In this document: positions 38,901 to 52,900 of the stretch, piece after piece
Numbering within the stretch: position 1 is the stretch's first letter
Layout of the letters: the number at the start of each line of letters is the position of its first letter
Origin: Nemertoderma westbladi
Lineage: Eukaryota; Animalia; Xenacoelomorpha
NCBI GenBank assembly: GCA_032718475.1
Contig: JAUCBJ010008566.1
Span: 10,477 to 74,476, forward strand
Direction of reading: 5' to 3'
DNA: 64,000 nucleotides
Notes under the pieces: model-generated
Seen by the model: only the letters and a program-made list of their open reading frames with translations
Told to the model about the DNA's origin: nothing
Databases searched by the model: none
Made by a program: the position numbers and the translations under genes

Positions 38901-40918
38901 TGGGACAGTGTACACACACAAGGGTAACGGTTGCATTCTGCGACAGTGTACACACACAAGGGTAACGGTTGCATTCTGGGACAGTGCACACACACAAGGG
39001 TAACGGTTGCATTCTGCGACAGTGTACACACACAAGGGTAACGGTTGCATTCTGCGACAGTGTACACACACAAGGGTAACGGTTGCATTCTGCGACAGTG
39101 TACACACACAAGAGTACCGGTTGCATTCTGCGACAGTGTACACACACAAGGGTAACGGTTGCATTCTGGGACAGTGTACACACACAAGGGTAACGGTTGC
39201 ATTCTGCGACAGTGTACACACACAAGGGTAACGGTTGCATTCTGCGACAGTGTACACACACAGGGTAACCGTTGTATTCTGCGACAGTGTACACACACAA
39301 GGGTAACGGTTGCATTCTGCGACAGTGTACACACACAAGGGTAACGGTTGCATTCTGCGACAGTGTACACACACAAGGGTAACGGTTGCATTCTGCGACA
39401 GTGTACACACACAAGGGTAACGGTTGCATTCAGCGACAGTGTACACACACAAGGGTAACAGTTACATTCAGCGACAGTGTACACACACAAGGGTAACGGT
39501 TGCATTCAGCGACAGTGTACACACACAAGGGTAACGGTTGCATTCTGGGACAGTGTACACACACAAGGGTAACGGTTGCATTCTGGGACAGTGTACACAC
39601 ACAAGGGTAACGGTTGCATTCTGGGACAGTGTACACACAAAAGGGTAACGGTTGCATTCTGGGACAGTGTACACACACAAGGGTAACGGTTGCATTCTGC
39701 GACAGTGTACACACACAAGGGTAACGGTTGCATTCTGCGACAGTGTACACACACAAGGGTAACGGTTGCATTCTGCGACAGTGTACACACACAAGGGTAA
39801 CGGTTGCATTCTGGGACAGTGTACACACACAAGGGTAACGGTTGCATTCTGGGACAGTGCACACACACAAGGGTAACGGTTGCATTCTGCGACAGTGTAC
39901 ACACACAAGGGTAACGGTTGCATTCTGCGACAGTGTACACACGCTATGGTAACGGTTGCATTCTGGGACAGTGTACACACACAAGGGTAACGGTTGCATT
40001 CTGCGACAGTGTACACACACAGGGTAACCGTTGTATTCTGCGACAGTGTACACACACAAGGGTAACGGTTGCATTCTGCGACAGTGTACACACACAAGGG
40101 TAACGGTTGCATTCTGCGACAGTGTACACACACAAGGGTAACGGTTGCATTCTGCGACAGTGTACACACACAATGGTAACGGTTGCATTCTGCGACAGTG
40201 TACACACACAAGGGTAACGGTTGCATTCTGCGACAGTGTACACACGCAAGGGTAACGGTTGCATTCTGCGACAGTGTACACACACAAGGGTAACGGTTGC
40301 ATTCTGCTACAGTGTACACACACAAGGGTAACGGTTGCATTCTGCGACAGTGTACACACACAAGGGTAACGGTTGCATTCTGCGACAGTGTACACACACA
40401 AGGGTAACGGTTGCATTCTGCGACAGTGTACACACGCAAGGGTAAGGGTTGCATTCTGCGACCGTGTACACACACAAGGGTAGGGGTTGCATTCTGCGAC
40501 AGTGTACACACACAAGGGTAACGGTTGCATTCTGCGACAGTGTACACACACAAGGGTAACGGTTGCATTCTGCGACAGTGTACACACACACAAGGGTAAC
40601 GGTTGCATTCTGCGACAGTGTACACACACATGGGTAACGGTTGCATTCTGCGACAGTTGTGTACACACACACAAGGGTAACGGTTGCATTCAGCGACAGT
40701 GTACACACACAAGGGTAATGGTTGCATTCTGCGACAGTGTACACACACAAAATGGTAATGGTTGCATTCAGCGACAGTGTACACACACAAGGGTAATGGT
40801 TGCATTCTGCGACAGTGTACACGCACAAAATGGTAACGGTTGCATTCTGCGACAGTGTACACACGCAAGGGTAAGGGTTGCATTCTGCGACCGTGTACAC
40901 ACACAAGGGTAAGGGTTT
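32930..40918. repeat. 38-bp tandem satellite, ~210 copies, unit CAGTGTACACACACAAGGGTAACGGTTGCATTCTGCGA
   Basis: Continuous head-to-tail array with recurrent variant monomers. Confidence 0.99.
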
Positions 40919-41238
40919 CATACAACAATGCTGCAAGGCTGTTATTTAAGATCCCTCATAGGAGTAGTAGTACTGTAGGTATTCTTTGTGGCTCATAATC
41001 TACCCTGTTTTATTCATTTACGGTATAGGTCTATTTCTTTTATTTTTTTTTTTTTTTTTTTTTTTTTTACCTCCCTCTTTTTATTGGCTGATAAATGTAA
41101 TAGCAAAAAACAAATATTAGGCACGAGACGAGATCACAAAATACGAATACAAACACAAAACACGCTTTGTTAATCAAGTATTTAGTATTTGATGTATATT
41201 GAAATGTTTTATTGCTTGAAGGGGCGGTTGCTGGTTGC

Positions 41239-44200
41239 CTAGTAATAGGCCATTGAGGGCAGCCCTGCGCCGTCCTCCAGGCCCAGTCCGCTGCGCCAAT
41301 TCACCCGGGATCCACGGAGGCAGTGGGAAGCCCCGCGGATAATGGCGAGTTGGACTCGGGTCCGGATCCAGCCCATTACCACACTGTAGGGTTTCCCCCA
41401 CGCGCGATGCAGCCTCTCCGCAAAGGTCCGGAGCAGTTTGTTGGCCTGTGGAGCCACGATCCCATCGCACGAGGCGACAAACGGGGAGAAGTTGCCACGA
41501 CGATCAGAAACGGCGTCGGCATAGATCCGCTTCTTAGCATCCTCAGTGGACTCAAGAACACTCATTGGGGCGCGGCTTGAGTAAGACCCGGCGTCAAGGT
41601 TCATTACCTTTATATCAATCAACGCCTGGGTCTGACTCTCAAACGCGCCCCGAATCCCGATGTCGCACCGTAGCCCCGCCTTGTCCTCAATCCAACACAG
41701 TCCTTGTTCCAACACCACGTTGCGTGAGCCGAACGCCTGGGCCGCGATGTTCCCCACGAGGTCCCGCAGCTCATTATGCCTCTGTATTACGAGGCCGCCT
41801 TTCTTACAATTTAACCCATGGTTAATGTCGAAGGCGGCCCCGCATCCGTCACAGCGGCTTGGAACCGATGCTAAGGGACGGCCATACCGGATGGCCAGCG
41901 CGTCCCTGAACTCCTGCAGCGAAAGATCCAGCTGGTGTTCCGATATCGGGAGGGAGGAGATCCACCCACCCGAGCGGTAGTCCGCAGCGCGTTGGATAGT
42001 CCTTCGCCGGTCTTTAGGCATCTCCTCCACCGCTTCCTTATACTGGTCTTCCTCGCGGGCCAGCTGTTCTACCCGCCCAGCCTTCCTCGCATATTGGAGG
42101 CATTCTAGATGTCCCGCCAGAGAGAATTCGTCGTCGCCCAGGATTGCCCGTGATAGGGCTCGCGTTCCACTTTGTGATACCCTGTAGGAAATGGCGGCCT
42201 CTGCGACGGGGTTGCGTAGGCCCATGCCGCCAGTGCGAGGGGACAGGGCAAACAAGCTACGTTCCTTCACTGACACATCTCCATTGAGAACGGCTGGGAG
42301 GAACTTCTCCGCGATGGCGCGCTCCAGGTCCTCAAACTCAAGGCTACAGTTAGGTGTGACCCGCTGGAGATATGCCCATTCTCTTTGCAGAGAACAGGCC
42401 ATCGCTGCGAATGCAGCCTGCGGCTGGGTCTCAGCCATCTCAGACAGTTTATCGACAGAAGTGACCCACGCTGCTACCTTCGCCCCTACAAACGTCTTCT
42501 GGTCGTCCGTCCCACCAATAAACCCCCCGAGGAAGCGGTGTCCCGTTACGATGTTGATGGGGTGACCCGCGAAAACCCTGTTGGCCTCATCCAGAAAGGC
42601 TTCGTCAACTACAAGGAAGCATTTCGTAGGCTCTGGGTAGTAGCCGAGTGTGGGGCCGTGATGCTGCAGCAGGAGGAACCAGTCAAGAACATATTCTAGC
42701 TTTCCTGCTGCCACGGAGTCATCGGCATACCAGTTCTGGCGAGTCTTGGTGCTTCTAAGACGACGAATAAGAGGGAGTGCACCCGACGCGTAGAACGGCA
42801 TTGCTAATGGGTCACCCTGCGTGGCCCCTTCCTCACTGAACAGCACCTCCTCTGTTCCGCGGACTATGAGGATGCTGTGACCCCGGTAACTGTTGAACAA
42901 GAACAGTGAACACCGGGGCCACAGTTGGCGGACGTTCCACAGAGCTGCCGTTCTGTTTAGTGCATTGAATGCATTTGATGCATCCACCAGGAGAACACCC
43001 CACCCATCATCGCGCCAATCCTCAAATATTGCCGCCATCGAGTGGATAGCCGCCTCAGCACCTGCAGAGGTGCCAGCCGACAACTGCTCCGCTCCGCACG
43101 TGTTGGTGATGTCGTCCCCGGTCGCCTCTGCCATGGCACGGCCCATGATCCGTCGCAGGCACTGACCAATTCCTATTGGCCGAACACCAGGACATTTATC
43201 CAGGGCGATGAGCCGTCCTGACTGTAATGCGCGAATCGACTCCCACGGAACTACTGAGTTTGCAATGGAGCGGGTAATACTGGCTATTGCATCCCGGAGG
43301 CGCTCGCTATGGGCCCCATAGCTGAGGAGGTAATCGCGCCACCTGGTAGAGTCCGATCCGGTCGGACCAGCGCCTCCATGTAGTTTACGGGCAGCGGATT
43401 CGATGTGTGACGCCGTGATATCCACATCAACCCTGAGTGGAAAGTCTTCCTCGGGTTGTAGTACTGCCTCCGGTGGGGGTGGTGCTGCTGAGGGATTTTT
43501 ATGCTCGGAGAACTCCAACACCCGCTGGTTACTTCCTCCTGATTGGATCTCGTCATTGGGGTCGAGGACCCCACCGGATTCTCGCCCCGTCACCCATCTG
43601 ACTGCGCTTCTAACCTTTCCCTCCAGCATGAGCCGAGTGAAAATACGGATCGTGTGTTCCTTTTCCTCTCCTGGTGGTCGGCACCTCCTGGTACCCCGCT
43701 TGCCAGTTGAAAACTTTAAGGAGCAGCGTTCGGCTTCCACAAGCAGTGTCTCCAGGTGTCCAGAGCGCCATAACTCGACGCGTCTGGTGAGGAGTCGGCG
43801 AATATCGGCTGCTTTAATAACCTTGGGGTCCCTGTGGAGTAGCAATGAGTCAGCGAGGAGGATGCGCTCCGAACGAGCATTAGCAATGTTGTGCGTTAGT
43901 CCAGAGACAAAAGCACCGGCCTCATCCGAGAGGAGGGAGACAACGTCCCTGCCCACAGCACCCCCAGGCAGCCTGTATTTTGAGCCGCATAGCTGGCTCA
44001 CCCGTCTCCACTGGTGGAGAAGTTCGTCTGGCACTGCCCCCTTACCAACTAGAGGAGCTCCATATGCACGGTTCATCAACCCCTCCGGGTCTGAGTCGCG
44101 GTGACCCTCTGCAATGGGGTCCCAGAACGCTGCAAACGTGGAGGTGCCACCCCCGAACTGACCTGCTCCAACCCCGGACTGACCTGCTCTACCCCTGGAC

Positions 44201-45764
44201 TGACCTGCACCAGCCCCAGACTGACCGGCTCCAGCCATCCTGGACTGACCTGCTCCAACCCCGGACTGAACAGTTCCACCCGCGGACTGACCTGCTCCAA
44301 CCCCGGACTGTACTGCTCCAACCCCAGACTGAACAGCTCCAACCCCGGACTGACCTGCTCCAACCTCGGACTGGCCTACTCCAACCCCGGACTGACCTGC
44401 TCCAACCCCGAACTGAACAGCTCCACCCCCGGACTGATCTGCTCCTGCCCCAGACGGACCTGCTCCAACCCTGGGCTGACCGGCTACAGCCACCCCAGAC
44501 TGACCTGCTCCAACCCCGGACTGTCCTGCTCCAGCCCCGGACTGTATTGCTCCAACCCCGGACTGACATGCTTCAACCCCGGACAGGCTGGGCTCAACAC
44601 CGGACCAAACAGCTCCAACCCAGAATTGACCTGCTCTACCCCTGGACTGAACAGCTCCACCCCCGGACTGGCCTGCTCCAACCCCAGACACGCTGGCTTC
44701 CACCCCCAAAACCCCGGACTGATCTGCTCCAATCCTGGATAGGCTGGCATCCACCCCCGACTGACATGCTCCAACCCCGGACTGAATAGCTCCAACCCCG
44801 GACTGACCTGCTCCAACCCCGGACTGAATGGCTCCAACCCTGGACTGAAAGGCACCTGACGCTGCTGTAGGCCCCACACCTGATACAGACTGGGGGAAAC
44901 ACGGCATGGACTGGGGGGGACACATTCCAGATTGCGGGACACACAACACAGACTGGTGGGCATCCGACACAGACTGGGGGGCGCCCAACTGGGAGGAACC
45001 CAACATAGACAGGGAGATTCCTGACACAAACAAGGGTTCATCCGACTCAGACTGGGTGGCACTCGACATGGACTGATGGACATCAGGCACAGACAGAGGG
45101 ACACACAACGTGGATTGCGACACATACTGGGGGGCACCCGACACATACTGGGGCACACCTGACACATACTGGGGCACACCCGACACATACTGGGGGCCAC
45201 CCGACACATACTGGGGGGCACCCGACACATACTGGGGGGCACCCGACACATACTGGGGGGCACCCGACACATAGTGGGGGGCATCTGACACATACTGGGG
45301 GGCACCCAGCTGGTGTGAACCCGATATAGATAGGGGAGCACCCGACACGGGTATGGGGAAGCACGACATGGATTGGGGGGCAACCAATACGGGCTGGGGA
45401 GCACCTGACTCAGACAGGGGGGAGCCGGGCACAGACTGGAAGACACCCGGTTCATATATGGGGACATCCATCACAGACTGGGGAGAGCCCGACGAGGATT
45501 CCATGAGGTAGTCGAGTTCATCCAGAGTTGAGTTTATTTGTGGTGTCTCACTTGGTGCCTGGACCCTGCCCTTTTTCGTTGTTGTAGCCTGACTCGTCCG
45601 CGGCGAGTTGGTTAGCATGTAGTCGAGTACGCCGTGGCCCACAGACCCGCTGTAACCGGGAGGCATCACGATGGGAACGGATTCTGAGGCTGTGTGAAAC
45701 GGGGTCGCTGCCCTATTGGGTAGCTGAAACGGGGTCGCTGTCCTATTGGGTAGCTGAAACGACG
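41239..45764 (-). CDS. CRE1 polyprotein, main part: Gly/Ser/Gln-rich repeats, reverse transcriptase, CCHC knuckle, restriction-like endonuclease
   Basis: ALDKCPGVRPIGIG, DASNAFN, GATQGDPL, WYADD; CDGC...H..NC, RHNELRD, RCDI...IDIKV, E..K..Y, FSPFV. Frame stays open upstream of 45669 up to the TSD. Confidence 0.95.
44150..45300. repeat. Coding 21-bp repeats in CRE1: (GAGQSGV)n at ~44150-44850 and (PQYVSGA)n at ~45120-45300
   Basis: Visible in the DNA (ACTGACCTGCTCCAACCCCGG; ACACATACTGGGGGGCACCCG) and in the translation. Confidence 0.9.
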
Positions 45765-45769
45765 AGCTG

Positions 45770-46966
45770 TGTTCGCGCTTTCAGACCTTTGGCAGTTTAA
45801 CCCACCAAATTAAGATGTCTTCTAGATATTAAATCGGTTTTTAGTCTATGACAAGTATTTGATTCACTACACTAGTCGAAACCAATCCGTGCGCGACCAT
45901 TCACCCGCTGGAGATTCCCGGGAGATTGGGTTCGACGGTTTAATTTTATTGCTATGTAAGCCTAATGTATTATTCGACTGACAGTATTATATAATCTCTG
46001 ACAATATTATTCACCTTCGGGAATATTAACAGTTCCTTTAGGACGTGGCGCTTTATCTATATAAACAGAGTTATAACTTAAACTACTCACAACGATATGG
46101 CTTAATTATAATTCACATATATGGCGCATTCTTTAGGAATTGCTTCTTTAACAGACTCACTCATACACAATGCTGCACAATACTGCATACTAATCTGCCA
46201 ATCTTCACTGATTTTAGTCACATATAAAAGGAACACAGACTGACTCATGTAGGGTCTATCAAATAACATTAGATTCACTTCAAACCACTTTAACATAAGT
46301 CACAATCGTTTATCTGTAACCTTTCTCTCTTACCTTCGGTACATCAAGAACATTGGGTTTCGGGGTTGTTTATCGTTATTCCAAATATAATAATTCATCA
46401 ACCATATTATGAAGAACTGACGGTAAATAGCAGTATAAAACAACAAGTCAGTACCGGTATGTCAGCAATGAGATATAGGCATGTCCGTTAAAGGATATAT
46501 GCCCTTTATAATTAAACCTACTAGTGTACGACTAAAAAGCAGTACAGCACAAAATACTTCCAAGCCGTTCTTTCTTTGGCTCAAGACTGAATGTAAACAC
46601 TGCACATAGGCATTGCGTCATTTCTCGGAAATTTTCTGTACAAGGAGCCACAAAAACGCTCTCATTGGCTGACTGAACCGAGAGACGCCGTAGAACAAAG
46701 GAAATCAACACGTATGAATGTCAGCTGTTAACCGTAGTCATAGTAACTACTGTTCAAGAGTAGCTATCACCCTTTTGCGTCACGAATTGCCATAGAATCA
46801 TAAAAATATGCCTTTCACAGTACACATACGGAGGAAATAGGTCTTAGATCCTCTAAAAACACCGATACAGCAATAATACGGTCTCTTACACTTATTAAAT
46901 CAACTACAGAGTATTTTAATGTAAAAGATAATAAAATAACGGGGCAATTCAGCAAAGGCTTTTACA
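45770..46966 (-). repeat. 3' LTR of copy C
   Basis: Direct repeat of 57162-58358 (offset 11392). Confidence 0.97.
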
Positions 46967-49962
46967 CCGCTCCCAGAAAATGGGATTTTCAGTCTATAAA
47001 ATATAAAAATCACAGTTTCTAAAACATAAAGATACTCTAAACAGTTAGTCTTTCTTACGCAGACGGCGTTTACGCAGTTTTTTGAGGCTAGCAAGAGTCC
47101 TTTTCTCTTTGGGGGGAGCCACTTTACTAGGAGGGCCATAACTCCTGGGTGAAGGGTGCAATATGATTGCATCAGAAGGTGTAGGATTGTGGTCGAGGTA
47201 TCTGCCGTTTCGATATGCTTCTCCTCGAGCTGATTTTCCTCCGCTCGTAGCTGGATACGTTCATCCAAAAACTCTCGCAGAGAATAGGATCGTCCAAGTT
47301 CGATAACTTCTTAGAGATTCTGGATTTCTCAATTGAATTGAGATAAGGCCAATTCGTTTATCGATTGGACTCACTGGTATAACTTACGTTTATCTGAACA
47401 AACGCAGGTTTCCCTTTTGATCTTTATAAAATAGCGTTTAACTCGTTTCGTACAACGCTCTCCTTCACCGTGATGAGGGGTTGTATCGCGTTAAACGTGG
47501 ACGACCATACGGTTGGATAGTGATATTAGGTGTCCGCGTCACAATCTGGCTAGGTAAGATGGGCGGCTAGCTAGAAATCACTGCCGGAGTGTTACCGATT
47601 AATTGTTAGGGTAGCACTAGATCTTTGAACAGTGAATACAGTCCGCGAGGATCCGCGACACCACCAAGATCGCAGGTCTGAGGTCCAACTAAGGAATGAG
47701 GAGGTTTGACCGAGTATTCCGGGACTCTGATCGTAGGTTTACTCCAGGATCGTTCGAGCCGAGTGAGCATAGGTGATACGTCAACAAGTTTCGGTTTACG
47801 TGGATGATTATGTCTTTCCGTTTATTAGTTGGGTCTAGGGCATTTATCGTAATAATACCAAAGACGCACGTCTGATGGGGTAAACGCGGGCGATATTTAT
47901 TTGTTGTTACAATGCTTCTATCAAGAATTCCAAATATACGTTGGAGTCACCGCGTCCATTTGTTTCTTAAGTGTCTTTTCTTTCGAGTCGATTTCGAATA
48001 GAATTTTCGCATTCGAATTTCCGTTTATGGTTCCGACTCCGCTGGGCAGGATATATAGTCGACATAGTCCGTATTATGTAAATCGATAGGATGACCAGTA
48101 GTTAAGAAGCCCATATACGTACCATTACGCCGCGTATATCGAGCAGCGAATTTTCTATAGTCCAACTCACGCGTGAGCTGCTCTTGGGACATTGGCGGTT
48201 CGATATAACGACCATCGTCCTCCGCAGCAGTTGGACTAACGTCGCCGCGTATTAAGCTATCAACAAGCGCTTGTAAAAGTAGAGTATATCGCTCCCCGAT
48301 ACCAAGACCATCTTCTATCAACTCCGTCATATCTGCTATATATGAGTTTATCCATATTATAATGAGTCCACATTTAGGCGAGCGGGCGTCGCTGCCTACT
48401 TCAATCAACCCCCGGACAGTACGAGATCCTCAGCGCCGATGTGTCGTCGCCGCTGTACTTTCGCCAACGACGTAGCCGCACAATGACAACGACAACCGGC
48501 ACAAGTCACTCAACTGTCCGTCCCAAAGGCTTAGATGTACTTCAGGTTTCCTTGGAGAGTTAGGTTACTTTTACGATTGCGACTAGCTACTGTAAACACA
48601 CCTTAGCAGTAACATTCACCTATAAACTCACAAATACCACACACTCGGGTCACTTGTCCGTTAGTCAATGCCTTCCAGAATGTCACTGTATTATTATGTA
48701 TCCTTGGATACTATCAGTGCACTATTTATTCCCTATGCTATTCAATGGGACAAGCTTTCTATTGTTCTTTTAACTCAATTCTAATTCTAGCGTGGTTGTT
48801 GCTATGGTGACATTATGCAAAGCTAGCGGTAGAATTAGGGTGATTCCAATGCATACAGATCTGGGATGTTATTTAATAGTAATTCTTTAATAGTCAATGT
48901 TCTGTTTTATACATGACTTTATGAATTTTATCGGCTATTGACTATGTTTGGGAGACTTTCACACACTCATACGCATGATAAGATAAATCTCCGCTCCCTT
49001 GATCTATTAATTAATGGAATTTTGGGAACTTTATAAATTGCGTAAAAATGGCAATTTATTAAATTCATTAAAAGGCATGAATTTAAATTGATTCCCTGAA
49101 ATTTTATTATTTGATAATTAAATGGACATATTTTGATTCTAGAACATGTCTAGGGACACAAGATCCTTAATTCTAAGAAAATTGTCTCTTTAAGAATATC
49201 GGTAAATGCTACGATATCTTAATTGACTAGAATTGTTGAAGGATCTGAATTTTACAGATTTTGACTTATTTGATTTGTAAATATTAACTAATTAATATTT
49301 GAGATGGGCACCGATTTATTCCAGAACTTGTCTGGGGACGTTAACCACTGATTCTAGAATTTGTCTTTCAAGTATATCGGTGGGTGCCACGATATCTTAA
49401 TCGACTAGAATTACAGATGGTCAAAGGGTTTAACAGATTTATTTTGCGTTATACGCTACTGTTAAAGGGACATCACGCTACTATATGTATTATTTAATAT
49501 ACGGTATGAGAGCAATATCGCACGAAGCAATGTCAGTGTGAAGAGGCAAGTCGTTTCCAAGGTCTACCCAGAGCTTGGTTTAGCCGAGACACGAGGATCT
49601 GAACTTTGCATTCCTAATACTCTGCCTACCAATAATACTTAAATATAGTAGTGGCTTTATTGTACTTTAATAAGTACAGACATTTCATCTTACTGTAGTT
49701 ACGTATTTATAACATAATACGGACAGTAAGGAAAGAGAAAAATAATTATTTCTTGCCGTCGCATTAAATATAATATATACGTAATTAAGTAATAAACGCG
49801 AATATATATTGCACTAATCTACTAAATAATCGCTAAAATAACATTCTACTGAATAAAATTAAAGAAAACGATTATAATAGAATTACATAGTAATACATAC
49901 AGAAATATAAAAATAATAAAATAATATAAAATAATAGAGTCACACACCCACTCCATATGTTG

Positions 49963-52900
49963 TTACGTTATGGAGTCCCTAGATGTTTGAAGGATTAGGG
50001 AGGTGGTCGTGGGAAGAGAATCTTGCCTTCCACAGTTTCCGGAGAGTCCTCCATTCCCTTCCGATAAACACAAACGACCGACTGGGTGATTGAGTCGCTG
50101 CATCCTGAATACAATTCCAGGTTTCCTCTTTGTCCTGGAATAGTGACGATAGAAACATCGCTCAAAGTGTATGACGGCGTCACAAAGCCGATTCCAGGAG
50201 CTATAGTGGTCCGTCGCTCTCTGCAGGAGAGGTGAGAGTCCCTGCGAGACGTCTGATGTTCCAGAGCTCCAATCGCTCTCTCTGATCTTCATGAACGATC
50301 CACTCGCGGAGGGGAGGCCCAGATCCACGGCGTCGTCCCTGGCAACATGTAATACCGACAGATCTATCCCGGGTTCAAATAACTCCGATCCACACGTCCG
50401 GGTTTCAGGTTCGACTTTCTCCGCTCCCTTGGCTGGTATAATCTCAGTCGGAGTAAGATGGGGAGGACATTCATTCTCCTTACTCAGGAAGTCGGGTTCA
50501 CCTAATCGGTCTGTAGTATCTGTCAGTTCTTGAGGAGTTGCTCCTCTGGAAGCGATGTCCGTTGGTTTAAACTTCTTGGGGCAATATCTCCATTGATCTA
50601 CATTGGAGCTAAGATTGTCATTATCTGAGGAGTGTGGTGTTCCCTCAGTTGGGTCGTCTCCCTCACTAGTATCATCTTCCCATTTACTCCGCTGGCAGAC
50701 GCGATCTTGAAGCAGTCTTTCTCTGAGCGTTCTACGGGAAGGTCCAGTAAGGTACCAACCTACTCTAGTTCTTACCGCATAGGGCTGAAGTGGTTGCGGT
50801 TGAGCAGGTCGTTTCTCTAATGTCTCCAGCGCCTCATGCGCGTTTTGGCCGATGAGTATTTGCACTCCAGGATAATCAGTCTGGAATCGAGGTATGTTAA
50901 GATGTTGGATGCTCTCATCCTCGTCCCAATTATAAAGGTCTGCTTGAGTAGTAGCGAAGTTCTTTATAGCCACCATTTTCACTGACCTGATGCTATGTTC
51001 TCCTAGTTCGTCTTGTGGGGTGGACAACGCGCCTACATAATAATCAGCTGTTATTGTAGATTTCCAAACTTGCATAATGCCTGACATGTTGAGCTTAGTT
51101 TGGAACTTGGGTTGTCCAGCAAATATATCTTCGGCTAGCTCTTTATCGATGAATGTTCCTGTGCTGCCGGAGTCCAGGAGGGCGTTCACTACATAACTCC
51201 GTTTAGGTCCGTGCACCCTTACCTGCACCACAGGAAACTCTCGGATTCCTATATTGGAAGTTGGCGCTTTCCAAGATGGTTGTTGATCGGAAGTAGTTAA
51301 GGTAAGGTCGCTGTCTGTGTCTTTCTCATGTACGAGTGCTCGATACACTGCGGTGGTGTTTATTAGGTAACAGGATTCGTTTTGGTCGGAGAACTCGTCC
51401 GTATAGAATCCTTCCATCTCAGATTGATCAGTGTCGTTCACATCACTGAATTGGACATGTAGTTCGGACTCACTTACCTGACTCGGGCTGTTTCGTTCGA
51501 ATTCCGTGTGCAACAAGATATGATGTTTTGCGCCGCACTGTGCACACCTTGCGTCGGAGTTACAGGTTCGCCGTTGGTGTCCTCGTCTGAGGCAATTATA
51601 ACACAACCGCTTATCCCACATGACTTCACGTCTATCCTCGAGTGATTTCCTCAGGAATTTATCACACGCATTTAAACGGTGGGGCCCGTCGCACAGCACA
51701 CATTTTGGTTTGATGTTACTTACCTTATTTTGAGTCACATTGTGTACACTTGCCCTTTCTTCGGGTTTTCTCACCTGAATTCTCTTGGGAGACGTGGGAG
51801 GAGTTTTTCTTACCTGTTCCCTCCTGTCATTTGTTCGAGACTTAAATTTACTTACCTGATCTTTAGGCATTTTGTTCACGTAATAAGATCTATCCGTGTC
51901 TTTCCCGCTATCTTCTCCTTGAGAAGTCTGGCTTTCGCCGTCATCGGTATAACATACTGGTGTTACTTTTCTCCTAGAGACGGGTTTTTCACTTACCTTG
52001 TTTTCCGGTGTCTTCTCTCGGGACTGCTTGAGGAGTTGCAATTTCACTTCTCCATCCAAGAATGACATGAGATCAGCCATGGTAGGGTCTCGTCGTTGTT
52101 GTTCCATCATATAAAGTACTTTCTTATCCCAGCGTGTGCCTACCCCACCTTTCGGTAAAGTAGAAGCCACAGCTCCAATGACCATAGAACTTTGGTATTC
52201 ATGAGACTTACCTAACCAATCTAATTGTCTACAGATCTCTTGAATCTCATCGGAAAACTCTATAATCCCGCTGCTAATAAACTTTCGGGGCGCTACTAAT
52301 TTTGCATATAAATACTTAGCGATATTATTCCTATTACCATACCTGATGTTTAGCGTGTCCCAAACTTGTCTTAATCCGTCTGGATGTCCAATAAACTTTA
52401 ACGCCATTAACTTGGGAGATCCTTCCAAGCACTCGATGAGGTATCTAAGTTTTTCTCCATTAGATAGTACAGAGTTCTGTATGTTATCTTTGTAATATTC
52501 ATTAAAAGGTAACCATTTCATCTCATCTCCATTGAATTTGACTATCTCTCCCACCTTCACCGCTTGCCGGGCTTCGGTTCTAGCCATTTGACGCGTAAAA
52601 CTTTCTTGGGCCATCGTGTTATTTAATATCGAGTTATCGGTATATAAATTTCTCGGATTATGATCAGGTCTATAGGGAATGTCATTATCAACAGGTCTAT
52701 AATTACCCTTAATAGGGTTTACTATAGGAGTTTCTACTTCGCTAGCAGTATATATGCGTGTAGGCTCCACACCTTGCGCATGCAATACTTCAGACCTAAC
52801 AGGTTGACACATTGTTACAGAGGGTGGTGGTATACCCTTTTGGGTGTTTACTAATTTATCGCGTTCAAGCGCGATACTTTGCTGCACTTCTTGCAACTCT

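Noticed and set aside
32866-40936. Cys-rich ORFs (MQPLPLCVYTVAECNRYPC...)
   Set aside because: Translation of a 38-bp satellite in all frames; not a metallothionein or keratin-associated gene.
41025-41037. Sequence-specific targeting by the CRE elements
   Set aside because: The two TSDs (ATAGGTCTATTTC, ATTTTCCCATCAT) share only their length, and no spliced-leader, rRNA or snRNA target is recognisable in the flanks.
43403-45467. Overlapping antisense and alternate-frame ORFs in CRE1
   Set aside because: Shadows of GC-rich 21-bp coding repeats.
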